Of a stretch of 64,000 bases of DNA, positions 14,045 through 25,570 are shown one piece after another; position 1 is the first letter of the stretch, and each line of letters opens with the position of its first letter. The translations under genes were made by a program, and so were the position numbers. The notes beneath the pieces are model-generated. The model was not told the DNA's origin and ran no database searches. It saw only the letters and a program-made list of their open reading frames with translations. The DNA lies in the NCBI GenBank assembly GCA_951406725.2, contig OX597831.1, positions 59,148,001-59,212,000 on the forward strand, read 5' to 3'. The DNA is from Octopus vulgaris. Its lineage: Eukaryota.

Positions 14045-14580
14045 TACGCCGTGTAGTAGATTGCTGCACCGTGTGTGTTAGTTCCATTGTTAGTTATGTA
14101 TTGTCATTCCAAGCATAGAGCCTTGTAAACGGTGTTGTTCGATTGAGGTGGAGGGTTTGATGTGAATAAAAGTTGGGAGTGTGTTTGCAATATTAATGGA
14201 TAGATGGAGGGAGGAGAGATGTGTATGATTAGGAAGAGGAGATTGGTCAAATCAAAAGCAGGAAAAGAATGGGAGAAAGAAAAGGGATGGAGTTAAAAAA
14301 GTGGTGCAGCAAACTACTTCACGACTTACATACACCATTCTACTTGAATAATGGAACTGCAACTACAATATTCTTATGTATCTCCCTTCTATTTCCATTC
14401 TTTTACTTCCCTCTCAACTTCATGTCTTTTCTACAATAATTAATACTCAAAAATTTTCTCGCTCCGTCTCTAATGGAGGAATATATAAAATATCCCGGAA
14501 AAAACTGTAAGACCTTTTCTTTATAAATGTTCTGAAAACTATTTACAAACTTGGATTTTTTATCTCACTCTGTTAATTTA
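14045..14580. mobile_element. PLE-type terminal-repeat remnant with internal inversion and decayed hammerhead
   Basis: Inverted repeat 14048-14070 / 14303-14325 (20/23); decayed hammerhead gtct-ctaatgga...atatccc-ggaaa-aaactgta-agac at 14466-14513; flanked by (TA)n. Confidence 0.5.
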
Positions 14581-14612
14581 TATATATATGTATATATATA
14601 TATATATATATA

Positions 14613-14730
14613 TCACGTCACATGTGACCGACCAGGCTATCAGTTGTTGTTACAAATCGCTGGTCACAACGCGCTTCGTATTGTTTTAGCCTTCAAGTGA
14701 CGCCACCCCGCTGGCTAAGCGAACAGGCCA

Positions 14731-14731
<1 letters not shown>
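14613..14731 (-). mobile_element. SINE family D 3' tail fragment
   Basis: Reverse complement matches 28676-28794 (GCTTAGCCAGCGGGGTG...TGTGACCAGCGAT...GGTCGGTCAC). Confidence 0.85.
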
Positions 14732-14785
<54 letters not shown>

Positions 14786-14880
14786 CATACACATATGTAT
14801 GTGTAAATATACATACATACATACATATATATATATGTATATATATATTTATATACATATACTTATACATATACATATAC

Positions 14881-15439
14881 GGGCTGATGAACTGCGCGCA
14901 TACTTTACGTCATACACGGTGTGACCCCAGATTAAGACCTTAAACCTAAGCACAAACATGCGTACTACCTGCTTGTTAATAGCACGTCTGTACCATTGGT
15001 CAACAGGGCTTCTACCTCACATTCTTAGACTCGGGATTGGATGCGCAATTATGCTAATCAGAAACTTGCTTCCACCAAAACTGTGCTACGGGACCCGCTT
15101 AGTAATCAAGACCATGACGCCCCACTTGATTGAGACCACAATTGTTACAGGGTGCAGGATGGTGGAAATGTTTTCATTTTAAGGATGCAGCTTTATCCCG
15201 CGGGGTCACACATGCCGTTTAACTTCCGCCGATCGCAGTTCACGGTGAGACCATGCTTCCGATTCATTGTGGGATTTTCCAATCAAATTCGCTGCAACCC
15301 ATTTTCAGCCAAACGTTTAATAATTTCAATGGATTTCGCTCATATTTGATATCGGTGTCACTTATTTTGGTTTGAAATAAAGCGCTTGATCACTTAAAAA
15401 TCTTAACATAATCCCGGGCAACGCCTGGCTTACTGATAG
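14881..15439 (+). mobile_element. Helitron deletion derivative
   Basis: PIF1-helicase remnant plus 3' hairpin CCCGGGCAACGCCTGG (15413-15428) and decayed CTAG-type end (ATAG|T); left boundary uncertain. Confidence 0.75.
14995..15258 (+). pseudogene. Helitron RepHel PIF1-helicase C-terminal fragment (frameshifted)
   Basis: GLLPHILRLGIGCAIMLIRNLLPPKLCYGTRLVIK...IVTGC / GNVFILRM...MPFNFRRSQFTVRPCF resembles the PIF1 motifs GLPPH.L.LK.G..IMLLRNL..LCNGTRL and PF.F.R.QFP. Confidence 0.85.
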
Positions 15440-16064
15440 TATATATATATATATAGGTATATACGTATATCTATATATATATATATGAATAAATAAATGG
15501 TAACTATTTATTTTTCCGTGTTAATTGTTAACAAGGTAAAAATACACACATCTATTTATATATATATATATATTTACATATATATATACATATACATATA
15601 CACACACGTTGAATCAGACGGAGAAAATTTCCGCTTACATTTCAAACATACCCAAAATATTAGGGAAATTCTGGGTAAAACGATATGCAAATACGGCGTT
15701 AAAAGAGTATAAGTCACATGAATTGAATATCACAAGCAAGGGAAAATAATAGATCGATCGATTTGTTAACTACAGAACATATATAAGAATATTTCCCAAG
15801 ATGTAAGAATACGGTCATTGAAAATGAAATATGGCTCTTTCATCCTATCGATATTCAGAGAAAATAGATCTTAGCTTATTAACATTCTTGAATTTTATTT
15901 GGGAATATTATTTAAAAAAATCATATTTATTTACAGAAAACTTTTAATGGAAAAACAAACTATAACAGAAAAATTATCAATAGAAAAGCAACTGTTTTGC
16001 AGACATATTTTCTTTATGATGAAACACAATATCTTGGCATAGATGCGTGCACGCGTGTGTGTGA

Positions 16065-16111
<47 letters not shown>

Positions 16112-16432
16112 CATATATGCAGGGGCATATATAGACATGTATATATATATATATATACATATATGTATGTGTGTATGTATATATATATATATAAACATAT
16201 AGATACATATATATATATACATATAGATACATATATATATATATATATATATATATCAGTAAATATATATGTGTTTGTACATATATATATATACATACAT
16301 GTATGTATATATATATATGTGTGTGAGTGCAAATATATAAATATATATATATGCTATATATATATATATATATATACAAATATACATATATACATACATG
16401 AATATATATATGTCTGTATAAATATACACATT

Positions 16433-16472
<40 letters not shown>

Positions 16473-17129
16473 TGTATATGGATATAGATGGATATAAATG
16501 CATATATATATATATGTATATATATACACACACATTTGTAAATATTCATAATATGCAAGCACACACAAACACAGTCACATACGTATATGCATATATCTAT
16601 TTATGACTATCTGTATGTTTTCAGACAGAAAACGATCATTATTAGTAACTTTGGCAGACACATTCTGTTCGTGAAAATTTATATTTCAATACAGTCTTAG
16701 AACACACACAACTCAATTAAAAAATAATATTTATGTAGGCGCACTGATATGTAAAAAGTAATGAAATAAAATTTGACAACGTGAAGTCAATATATTTTCT
16801 TTTTTCCACATCATATGAATCATATTGTTAAGAACGACATATCAGTTAAAATATTTTTCGCCACTACAATATAATGATTTATTTACGGTTGTTATTAAAT
16901 AGCCTTGGGTAAAAAAAAACATAAAAAACAAAAAAAAAAAAACAATACTAGAAACTGAAAATTTGGAATTTCTGCAAAAGGAATTGCATACGTTATGTTT
17001 ACATTGAGCACAAGTCTTTTATATTAATCAAGCACAGAAGTTATCACTCAAGACTAACATATCAAAGGCGCACACAAATAGATCACAGGTAAACACGAAA
17101 TTTGTTTTCCCTTAACTGTATCTCAGTAA

Positions 17130-17172
<43 letters not shown>

Positions 17173-17269
17173 GTATGTTTTATCAAGCCGTCAAATAAAC
17201 ATACACACACAGACTTGTACTTTGTAATATACGAGCATATCTAAGTATATATGTGTGTGTATAAATACA

Positions 17270-17334
<65 letters not shown>

Positions 17335-17446
17335 TACACACACATACACACACACACACATATATACATATATATGTATATATATATATAGATATATATT
17401 CATATAGTAGTAACAGAAAAGAGGAATTTCTATTATCCCCACGTGG

Positions 17447-17677
17447 TGAGTTGTTTTAATTGTGAACCTCTGTCCTTGTTTGAAAAGAATATCAGAGCCT
17501 TCAAGCAGGTTGCGGCAGGTTCCACAGTTTGGGCGTCCACACTTTTCAACCGTTGGATTCGTGGATATTTTGCAAAGCTTCGCATTTGTTACTAGTCTTT
17601 TTAGCGATTTGTCTTGTTTTGTACATTTGATGAGTGTTTGTGTTTTCAGGATCTCGTTCACATTTGGATCTCCAGTT
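17447..17677 (-). pseudogene. Penelope-like element ORF fragment (Cys-rich linker before GIY-YIG)
   Basis: KSLKRLVTNAKL...[27 protein letters not shown]; homologous to 28070-28281. Confidence 0.75.
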
Positions 17678-17746
17678 AGTAAAAGAAGAGTTATTAAACA
17701 AAGAGTAAAACATAATATCATGATCACCGATGGCGAAAATTATATG

Positions 17747-17813
<67 letters not shown>

Positions 17814-17817
<4 letters not shown>

Positions 17818-17942
17818 CAAGTATTTTTGTCAGTAAACAGGTCGCAGTCTAAAAGCGACGAAATTATTTTCATTCATATAATTTAAATATTGAAGTGTGT
17901 TTCGTAAATGGCTTCTAAACACCTTCCACGATGCAATTGTTA
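17814..17942 (+). repeat. ~120-bp repeat, left copy
   Basis: TTTTGTCAGTAAACAGGTCGC...CGTAAATGGCTT.TAAACACCTTCC...TGCAATTGTTA also at 19638-19750. Confidence 0.85.
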
Positions 17943-17989
17943 TAAATATATACATACATACATATATATATGTATATATATATATATAT

Positions 17990-18027
<38 letters not shown>

Positions 18028-18080
18028 TGTGTGTGCATATATATGTCTATATATATATATATATATCATATATATATATA

Positions 18081-18166
<86 letters not shown>

Positions 18167-18261
18167 GGTTGTATACTGTCAATCTAACAAGAACGTGACA
18201 GTAGGGGGTACACCACCGTTATATAGCCCTAGGAGGCATCGAACGCCTCCTGACAGCTTCA

Positions 18262-19475
18262 ACGCAGCTCCTGCATCACTTTGATGATATTTTGAGAGCT
18301 TTGTGAGAGGGTTCCAACACCGATGTCATCTACCTTGATTTCAGCAAGGCCTTCGACAGGGTTGATCACAAGATCCTATTGAAAGACCTATCCAACATTG
18401 GTGTCTCTGGAAAGTTACTGAAATGGATCAAGTGTTTCCTGACAGACAGATCTCAACATGTTGTAGTTGAAGGGGTAAAATCAAGCCCAGCCAAAGTCAG
18501 TAAGGCACTGTGCTGGGCCCACTTCTTTTCATCATCTACATTAATGACATTAATGACATCATCAAGCACAGCAACATAAAAATCTTTGCAGATGATTCCA
18601 AGCTCCAACAGGTCATAAATGAGGCGAGTTACCGGACATGCATTCAGTCAGATCTACTGGCTGTTATCCAATGGGCAGAAAAAAACAATATGCTGCTGAA
18701 CGAGGATAAATTTGAGTTAATCCACTTTGGAAAAGAGGATGCCCTGAAACTCCAATACTCCCTTCCTTCAGGTGAAACTCTCGTGGCATCCAACAACATC
18801 AGAGACTTGGGAGTAATTGTGGACAACAACATAAGCTGGGCCACTCATATAAACATCAAAGTTGACATGGCCCGCAGAATGTGTTCCTGGATTCTCAGAA
18901 CTTTCCAGTCGAGAGATATCCACACCATTATCCTTCTCTTCTCCACTTTTGCCCGACCCCACCTTGAATACTGTTGTCCACTGTGGTCTCCCCACACAAA
19001 ACAAAGTATCATAAAAGTTGAAGCACCTCAAAGGGCAATCACAAGAAAGATAGATGTCATGACAGGCCTCGACTATTGGGGTCGACTAGAAAAGCTAAAA
19101 CTTTATTCTCTCCAACGTCGCCGTGAGCGCTACATCATCTGCATGATGTGGAAAATATTCCATCAGCATTACCCAAATGATGTTGGCATCACCTTCTTTA
19201 AGGTACATCCAAGGCTTGGGCCACGTGCCATTCGCCCAAAACAAAAATCGCACTCTCATCTCATAACAACAATACGGCACAATTATTTCACCTCAATTGG
19301 CCCCACTCTCTTTAACATTACACCAAAACACATTAAAACAGAAACAGACCCTATAGGGTTCAAGAAGTCTTTGGACAGATTCCTTCAAGAAATCACGGAT
19401 AAACCCCCTACACCCGGATATGTCACTGTAAACAATAACTCTCTACTTGAGTGGGCCATAGTGCCCAAATTCTGA
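18262..19475 (+). pseudogene. LINE ORF2 reverse transcriptase, disrupted
   Basis: In-frame stop near 18304 and a small frameshifting deletion removing the GVPQ motif near 18500; the remaining 321-aa frame 18510-19475 is open. Confidence 0.88.
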
Positions 19476-19567
19476 CTTGAAAGACTTCACCAGGTGGTGC
19501 TATTAAGTTATACATGGCCTGGGCCAATAATGGCCGAAACCTATCAAAGTATCAAAGTATCAAAGTA
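18262..19567 (+). mobile_element. 5'-truncated CR1-type LINE (RT domain, 3' UTR, short tandem tail)
   Basis: TQLL...DVIYLDFSKAFDRVDH...GKLLKWIKCFL...GTVLGPLLFIIYIND...FADD...RPHLEYCCPLWSP...LYSLQRRRER; tail of ATCAAAGT repeats. Confidence 0.92.
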
Positions 19568-19571
19568 TATA

Positions 19572-19637
<66 letters not shown>

Positions 19638-19640
<3 letters not shown>

Positions 19641-19750
19641 GCACGGAATTTTGTCAGTAAACAGGTCGCGGTCTCAAAGCCACATTAAATTTATATGTTG
19701 AGGTGTGATTCGTAAATGGCTTATAAACACCTTCCGCGCTGCAATTGTTA
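19638..19750 (+). repeat. ~120-bp repeat, right copy
   Basis: Diverged direct copy of 17814-17942. Confidence 0.85.
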
Positions 19751-19770
19751 TATATATATATATATATATA

Positions 19771-20122
19771 CTAGCAGTATCGCCCGGCGTTGCTCGGGTT
19801 TGTAAGGGAAATAACTATAAAGCATTTTTAGAGAGTTATAGCCAAAAAATGGAACAAAAATGATGGTAAATTTTTTTAGTTAAAAAGGTCGAGTTGCGTC
19901 CCCTAGACAGTCTGTGGTTTGTGTTTCTGATTCTCGACCCCATGTCGAATTTATCGATTTTTTTCAGAACTGGGGGAACTTTTCAAAATTTTCGCTGCGT
20001 TAGTTTTGAATTATGACATTGGGCTATGTGTGTGTCAAGTTTCATCAGAATCGGTTGAAAGCCGTGGTCAGAGTGAGGGTACAACCTAACAGACACACAG
20101 AAACGCACACAGACAAACTGCC

Positions 20123-20126
<4 letters not shown>
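19771..20126 (-). mobile_element. Non-autonomous Helitron
   Basis: Minus-strand 3' end CCCGAGCAACGCCGGG hairpin, 8 nt, CTAG|T; 5' part with (TCTG/TGTG)-type microsatellite running into (TA)n; end resembles 15413-15439. Confidence 0.8.
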
Positions 20127-20177
<51 letters not shown>

Positions 20178-20233
20178 TGTATATATATGTATATATATAT
20201 ATATATGTATTTATATATATATGTGTATATATG

Positions 20234-20295
<62 letters not shown>

Positions 20296-20931
20296 TACAT
20301 ACATACAATGCTTTTGCTTGCCTGTAAATAAATACGCCTTCATAGCAATGTGACTGCCCAAATGAGGAATTGGTCTCCACCGCAGATTTTTACTTCCTAA
20401 TTCGATTGTTCTTCTTGGGGTGGGTGGGGAAATGTATACCTTTGGATGAAAATATGTGCTGGAATTTCGGCTTCTGTTCCCGAACCTCATTACTGAATTG
20501 GATTGGGAATTGTATTGAGCTGATGAAGGGCTTCCTGGTTATTTACCATACGCAGTTATTGCGGTTATTGCTGTCTCTTCGATGATTATTATGTTGTCAG
20601 ATGTGAGTGCAAAGGAAATGGAATCATGTGTCTATTAAAGCAAGGACTGATACTTTTCCAGTGTAATCTTAATGTCGCGTTGTTGTCGTTTTTGAACCGG
20701 TAATCACCATGTTATGCTGCTATTGTTTTTCTTCGCTTTGTCCTTCTGGGTAGAAATCTATGAAACAGATTTACTTCGACATGTGTAGCTGCTGGGCTGT
20801 CTACACAAGGTACTCATTTTTAATGCCTTCCTCTGATAATACTCTACAGAGAAAAAAAATTTCTAGGGTCGATTTGTGATTTTAATGTTCATGTGAATTA
20901 AGCAAACCATATCCTCGATAGTTACAGCCAA

Positions 20932-21127
20932 TATTGGTTTCGAAGGCCAGTAATTTTGGGAAAGGGAAAAATCGATTACGTCGTCCGTAGTGTTCAACTG
21001 GTACTTATTCTATTGACTACGAAAGGATGAAAGCTAAAGTCGATCTCAGTGGAATCTGAGCAAAGAACGTAAAAACGGACGAAATTCCACTGAGCATTTA
21101 TCCAGGCGTACTAATTCCGGCGTGCTA
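20932..21127 (-). mobile_element. SINE family A copy (alternative tail)
   Basis: CTGGTACTTATT...GAAAGGATGAAAGCTAAAGTCGATCTCAGTGGAATCTGAGC...GAACGT. Confidence 0.8.
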
Positions 21128-21620
21128 ATTTACAGACAGTATTAATCAACGAAATACTTAAGAGCTGGATAAAAATAAATGTTATCAACAGCAACAAATT
21201 TCTCCTCATATTTACGTGGGTTAATGCTGTGTAGGATTTGCTACCGTTGCTAAAATGTTGCTTAGAATACTCACAATAAAAATATTATGGATAAAAATTT
21301 TTTTCCGCTTGTTGCATATTTGTTTTGAAATTGAATCTTGTTAATTCTTGCTCAATCGCTTTTGGACATATGTAAAGATATATGTGTCTAAAAACGAAGC
21401 GAAACACTTTTGAACTTTCAATTCCGCTGAATGTTTTTTTGTTTGCACGAAAATCTCTGGAAAGAAATATTATTCAATGCAGTTGAAATTTATAAAAAAC
21501 AACCCTTTGAAGATTGATTTGAAACTATACCTGAGCAGATTAGCTGTGAATAACAACAAAAATAACAACGAAATGAGCGTGATAATAATTTTCAATTCAC
21601 CCACAATGTCAGTATTTTCG

Positions 21621-21657
<37 letters not shown>

Positions 21658-21679
21658 TAAGAGAGAGAGAGAAAAAGAG

Positions 21680-21800
21680 AGCGGATGAGTTGATTCAATC
21701 GACTGCAGTAATTGATTACAGCGTTATTTTATCGATCACGGAAAAAATGAATGGCGAATTTGGTCACAGTGGAATTTGAACTCGGAACACAAAGAGCTTT
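21680..21800 (-). mobile_element. SINE family A, highly degenerate fragment
   Basis: TTATTTTATCGATCACGGAAA.AATGAATGGCGAA...GGAATTTGAACTCGGAAC. Confidence 0.55.
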
Positions 21801-21959
21801 AACAAATACTATCACGTATTACGTCTAATACATTGATAATGTTGACGTGGACGGTGTAATAATACGAATAATATAAAACAATGAGCATGAATCAATGAAA
21901 GTATCTCCCAAATTTAAAAGTAACAACAAAATAGCAACAAACATAAGAATAACAATAGG

Positions 21960-23404
21960 AGACTTCATTGAAAGTAGCACACATGAATATCGCTAAGCTA
22001 GTCGTAGTCATAAAGAAATATGAAACACCGAGAAAACATCATGGGAAACAAAAATGCAGAAAACGAAACAAAATTAATCTCAATTTTTAATGAAATCAAT
22101 AACGCAACACCAAGACTGAATAAAGGAAAGTGTGACAAATACTGCATAATATAACTTAAAAAAGAATGCTTAAAATCAAAGAACGCTCGAAACAGAATAT
22201 CTCCGGCAAAAAATTGTAGAACGTTAAAAATGACAGCGATTCTTTGAATACAACAAACAGTTCTGCCTCAGCACAAAATGATTTTCTTCAGAAATTCAAG
22301 ATATAGAAATCAATGCCGAAGCAACAAGAGAATTAGAGAACTTTTTAAGGTGGAATATGGACAGCTAAGGAATTACTAGAGTCGAGATTGTGAAAAGCAA
22401 TGAAAACAACTTGAGTACAAACTTGGGATGCCATAACAACAGACGAAGTTGGATACATGCTGCTAAACAAGAAACTGAAAGCCACCAGGGCATGGTGGGA
22501 CACCAATCACATGGTTTCGATATTTAACACGCAGCGCTACCAAATGTGTTTAATGTAATATTTTTATTTCTTTATTGCCCACAAGGGGCTAAACATAGAG
22601 TGGACAAACAAGGACAGACAAAGGGATTAAGTCCATTACATCGGCCCAGTACGTAACTCGTACTTATATAATCGAACCTGAAAGATGAAAGGCAAAGTCG
22701 ATCTCAGGACTAAAGGTTTTATCATAGCAGCACAAGATCAAACCTTGGCAACCATGGCTTACCACAACAAAATAATGAACGATGACACTGACTCGAAATG
22801 CAGAATGTGTCATGAAACAGTGGACCACACATTAACCGGATGCACAGTGCTTGCAAAAACAGAATATACTCATAGACACGATACAGTAGCGCAATATATA
22901 CATTGGGAGATATGTAAACACTACCAGCTTCCAACTTCAGAAAGATGGTAGCAGCATAAACCTGAAACTGTGACCGGAAAAGATGATGTAACATTACTCT
23001 GGGACATGCCAATCAACACCGAAAAAAGAAATTAACGCAAATAGGGGCGAATATGAAATGCTTAATGATAAATGTGACAGTACCATCTGAGAGAAATGTG
23101 TCCATGAAAGAAGTTGAGAAGTTATTTAAGTACAAAGACCTAGAAATAGAAGTGACCAAAGTGTGGAGAATGAAAAGCAACACAGCACCGGTGTTATTAG
23201 GGCGTTAGGGCTAGTTAAAAAGGGCCTTGATAGCGCCTCAACAAACTTCCTTGCAGTGTTAACGTGAGAGAACTTCAGAAAATAGTGTTGCTAGGTTCCG
23301 CACACATTTTACGCCGTGTACTCTCCATAAGATGAGGACCTGCTGTGACCAAAGGGTTAAGGGATGACCCCGGTTCAGCAGAAGACAACGGACCATATTT
23401 TAAA
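21960..23404 (+). mobile_element. R4/Dong-type RLE LINE remnant (internally deleted, SINE-interrupted)
   Basis: GFIIAAQDQTL...KCRMCHETVDHTLTGC (CCHC knuckle)...RHDTVAQYIHW...LWDMPI...EKLFKYKDLEIEV...GALG...LQKIVLLGSAHILR; decayed pre-RT ITTDEV segment at ~22430; 3' end joins (TAA)n; left boundary approximate. Confidence 0.85.
22558..22705 (-). mobile_element. SINE family A 3' part within the Dong-type LINE
   Basis: TATTTCTTTATTGCCCACAAGGGGCTAAACATAGAG..GACAAACAAGGACAGACA...GATGAAAGGCAAAGTCGA. Confidence 0.88.
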
Positions 23405-23446
23405 ATAATAATAATAATAATAATAGTAATAATAATAATAATAATG

Positions 23447-23498
<52 letters not shown>

Positions 23499-23542
23499 CG
23501 ACGAGGACGATGAGGATGATGATGATGATGATGATTATGATA

Positions 23543-23573
<31 letters not shown>

Positions 23574-23595
23574 CGATGATGATGATGATGATGAT
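23405..23595. repeat. Compound (TAA)n-(TGA)n microsatellite
   Basis: Direct reading. Confidence 0.95.
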
Positions 23596-23835
23596 AAAAG
23601 TAGAATTTTATATACTGTGAATGATTTTACAAGGGTGGCTTACAAATGGAAGTCACCATTATGCTGGAGAAACGATTCATTGGATGTTGTAAAGCAATTT
23701 TTACTCGAGCTTATCAAGAAGAAACGAACATGGTGATGCTTTATGCTATAAAATCAAAGCTATACGTACGAACATGAAATTACCCCTGAATGTCATTATA
23801 TTATGTACCATTACTGTCCTTAGTTATTACCAATA

Positions 23836-23903
23836 TTCTTTTGTTCTTTTATTCCTTTACTCTTTTCAACCATGCAGCTGTGGTCATGCTGGAGCACCAC
23901 CGT
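23836..23903 (-). mobile_element. SINE family B 3' terminal fragment
   Basis: CTGTGGTCATGCTGGAGCACCACC is the reverse complement of the B tail. Confidence 0.65.
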
Positions 23904-24313
23904 GAAAGGAAAAATATATATATGACATAGCTACAGTAGGTAGAAAGGCGATTTGGTTACATAAGTATGCTACAAAGAAGATTGCAAATAAAGTAAACGA
24001 AGAAATAAATCAAGAAACATTTCAGAGTTTAGTATATTAATTTCCTTCCACTATTATAGTACTTTTCCGATTTTCTTATATTAAATCAGTCGATAAAATT
24101 ATTTGTACAAAAATTGAATTTATCAAAAAAAATACTATCGTTTCTCAAAACCAATAAATTAAATTTTTCCTATTTACTGCTTCAATTAAATATTTTTTAT
24201 TACCATTTATTAAATTCAAAGATATTAATAAAGTAAGTTCACATCACAAATATTTATTTGTGAATATTGATTGCATTTCAAGAAAGCATACTTGTACCAT
24301 ACATACATTTTGA

Positions 24314-25570
24314 ACTGCACACAGACATGTAGGAAGTAAATAGACACCTTTAATTTTCAAAATTTCTGATTTAAGCGTCTTAATATGTTTGCAGCAGTGT
24401 AGAATTTACAATGTAATTATTCTTTTTCATTCCAGGTGCCATTATATTGAACCTTTGTGAAGAATAGCCATGTCACGCACAAAATATTCAGCAGGACTGT
24501 CAGAATTTCAAAGAAATCGTATTGTTGGGCAATCTGAGGCTGGTCTTAACCAGCGAAAGATTGCCGAAAATCTTCAAATTCCTCTTCTTGCTGTTAATAG
24601 AATTATAGTGCAATTCAAAAGCCAACGTAAAGAATGAGCGGATTCTCGTCCCGGCCAACCTGGGCCCTCGGAAAAGAAGCTTCGCTATTTGAAGAGAATT
24701 GTGGAAAACGAACCCAATTCGAAGGCGTCTCACATTGCAAAACAGCTAGATGTTAGTCCAAGAACGTATGTTATATATCTGCATAAGCATTTTATTACGG
24801 ACTAGCAGCTAGAAGAAAACCTCTCCTTCAACCAATTAATATCATGAAAAGAAAGAAATGGGCTAAAGAAATGTCAGAAAAATCCAGTTCATTTTGGTAT
24901 AGAGATATTCCCAGATGAATCCAGATTTGCATTATTTTCAGACAGTGAACGTGTTTGGTTCTGGAGTCTTCCCAATCAAGAATTTGATTCGAAACGACTC
25001 TGTAATGGTAAGGGGAGCTCTCACCAGCAGTGGTCGTTCTGAGTTGATCGAATATGTTGGAACCATAAACTCTGCAAAATACATCGAAATACTTAAGCAA
25101 GGGCTACTTCCAATGTATTCCCATTGGAAGTAGCTCTTGCTTAAGGCTACAACATAACGAAAAATGTGTTTTATTCATGGACGATGGAGTTCCATGCCAC
25201 ACAGCGAAAAGGAATCAACAATGGTTGACTGAAAATGGGATCAAAAAGTTTCCTTGGCTGAGCCAATCTTCTGTCATGAACCAAATTGAAAATCGTTGGA
25301 GCATACTAGATAGAGCTATACGAAGAACTTGACAGAAACCTACATCTAAAGATGAATTATTTCGATTGTTGCGAGAAAAGTGGGCAGAAATTCCACAAGA
25401 GACAATCACAAAGCTCAGCAGTTCAATACCAAAAATAGTTTCTGAATTAAAAACTGCAAAAGGAATGTCAACTACTTATCGATTACCTTTCACTTGTTCG
25501 CTTTGCGTATTAAAATTTTTTAAATGAAACTTAAAAGTGTCTATTTACTTCCTGCATGTCTGTGTGGAGT
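24314..25570 (+). mobile_element. Tc1-family DNA transposon, full length but decayed
   Basis: TIRs CACACAGACATG(T/C)AGGAAGTAAATAGACAC at 24318-24347 and 25537-25566; transposase between them. Confidence 0.92.
24470..25480 (+). pseudogene. Tc1 (DD34E-type) transposase pseudogene
   Basis: MSRTKYSAGLSEFQRNRIVG...ARRKPLL...DESRF...FMDDGVPCHTAK...WLSQSSVMNQIENRW, with several stops and frameshifts. Confidence 0.88.
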
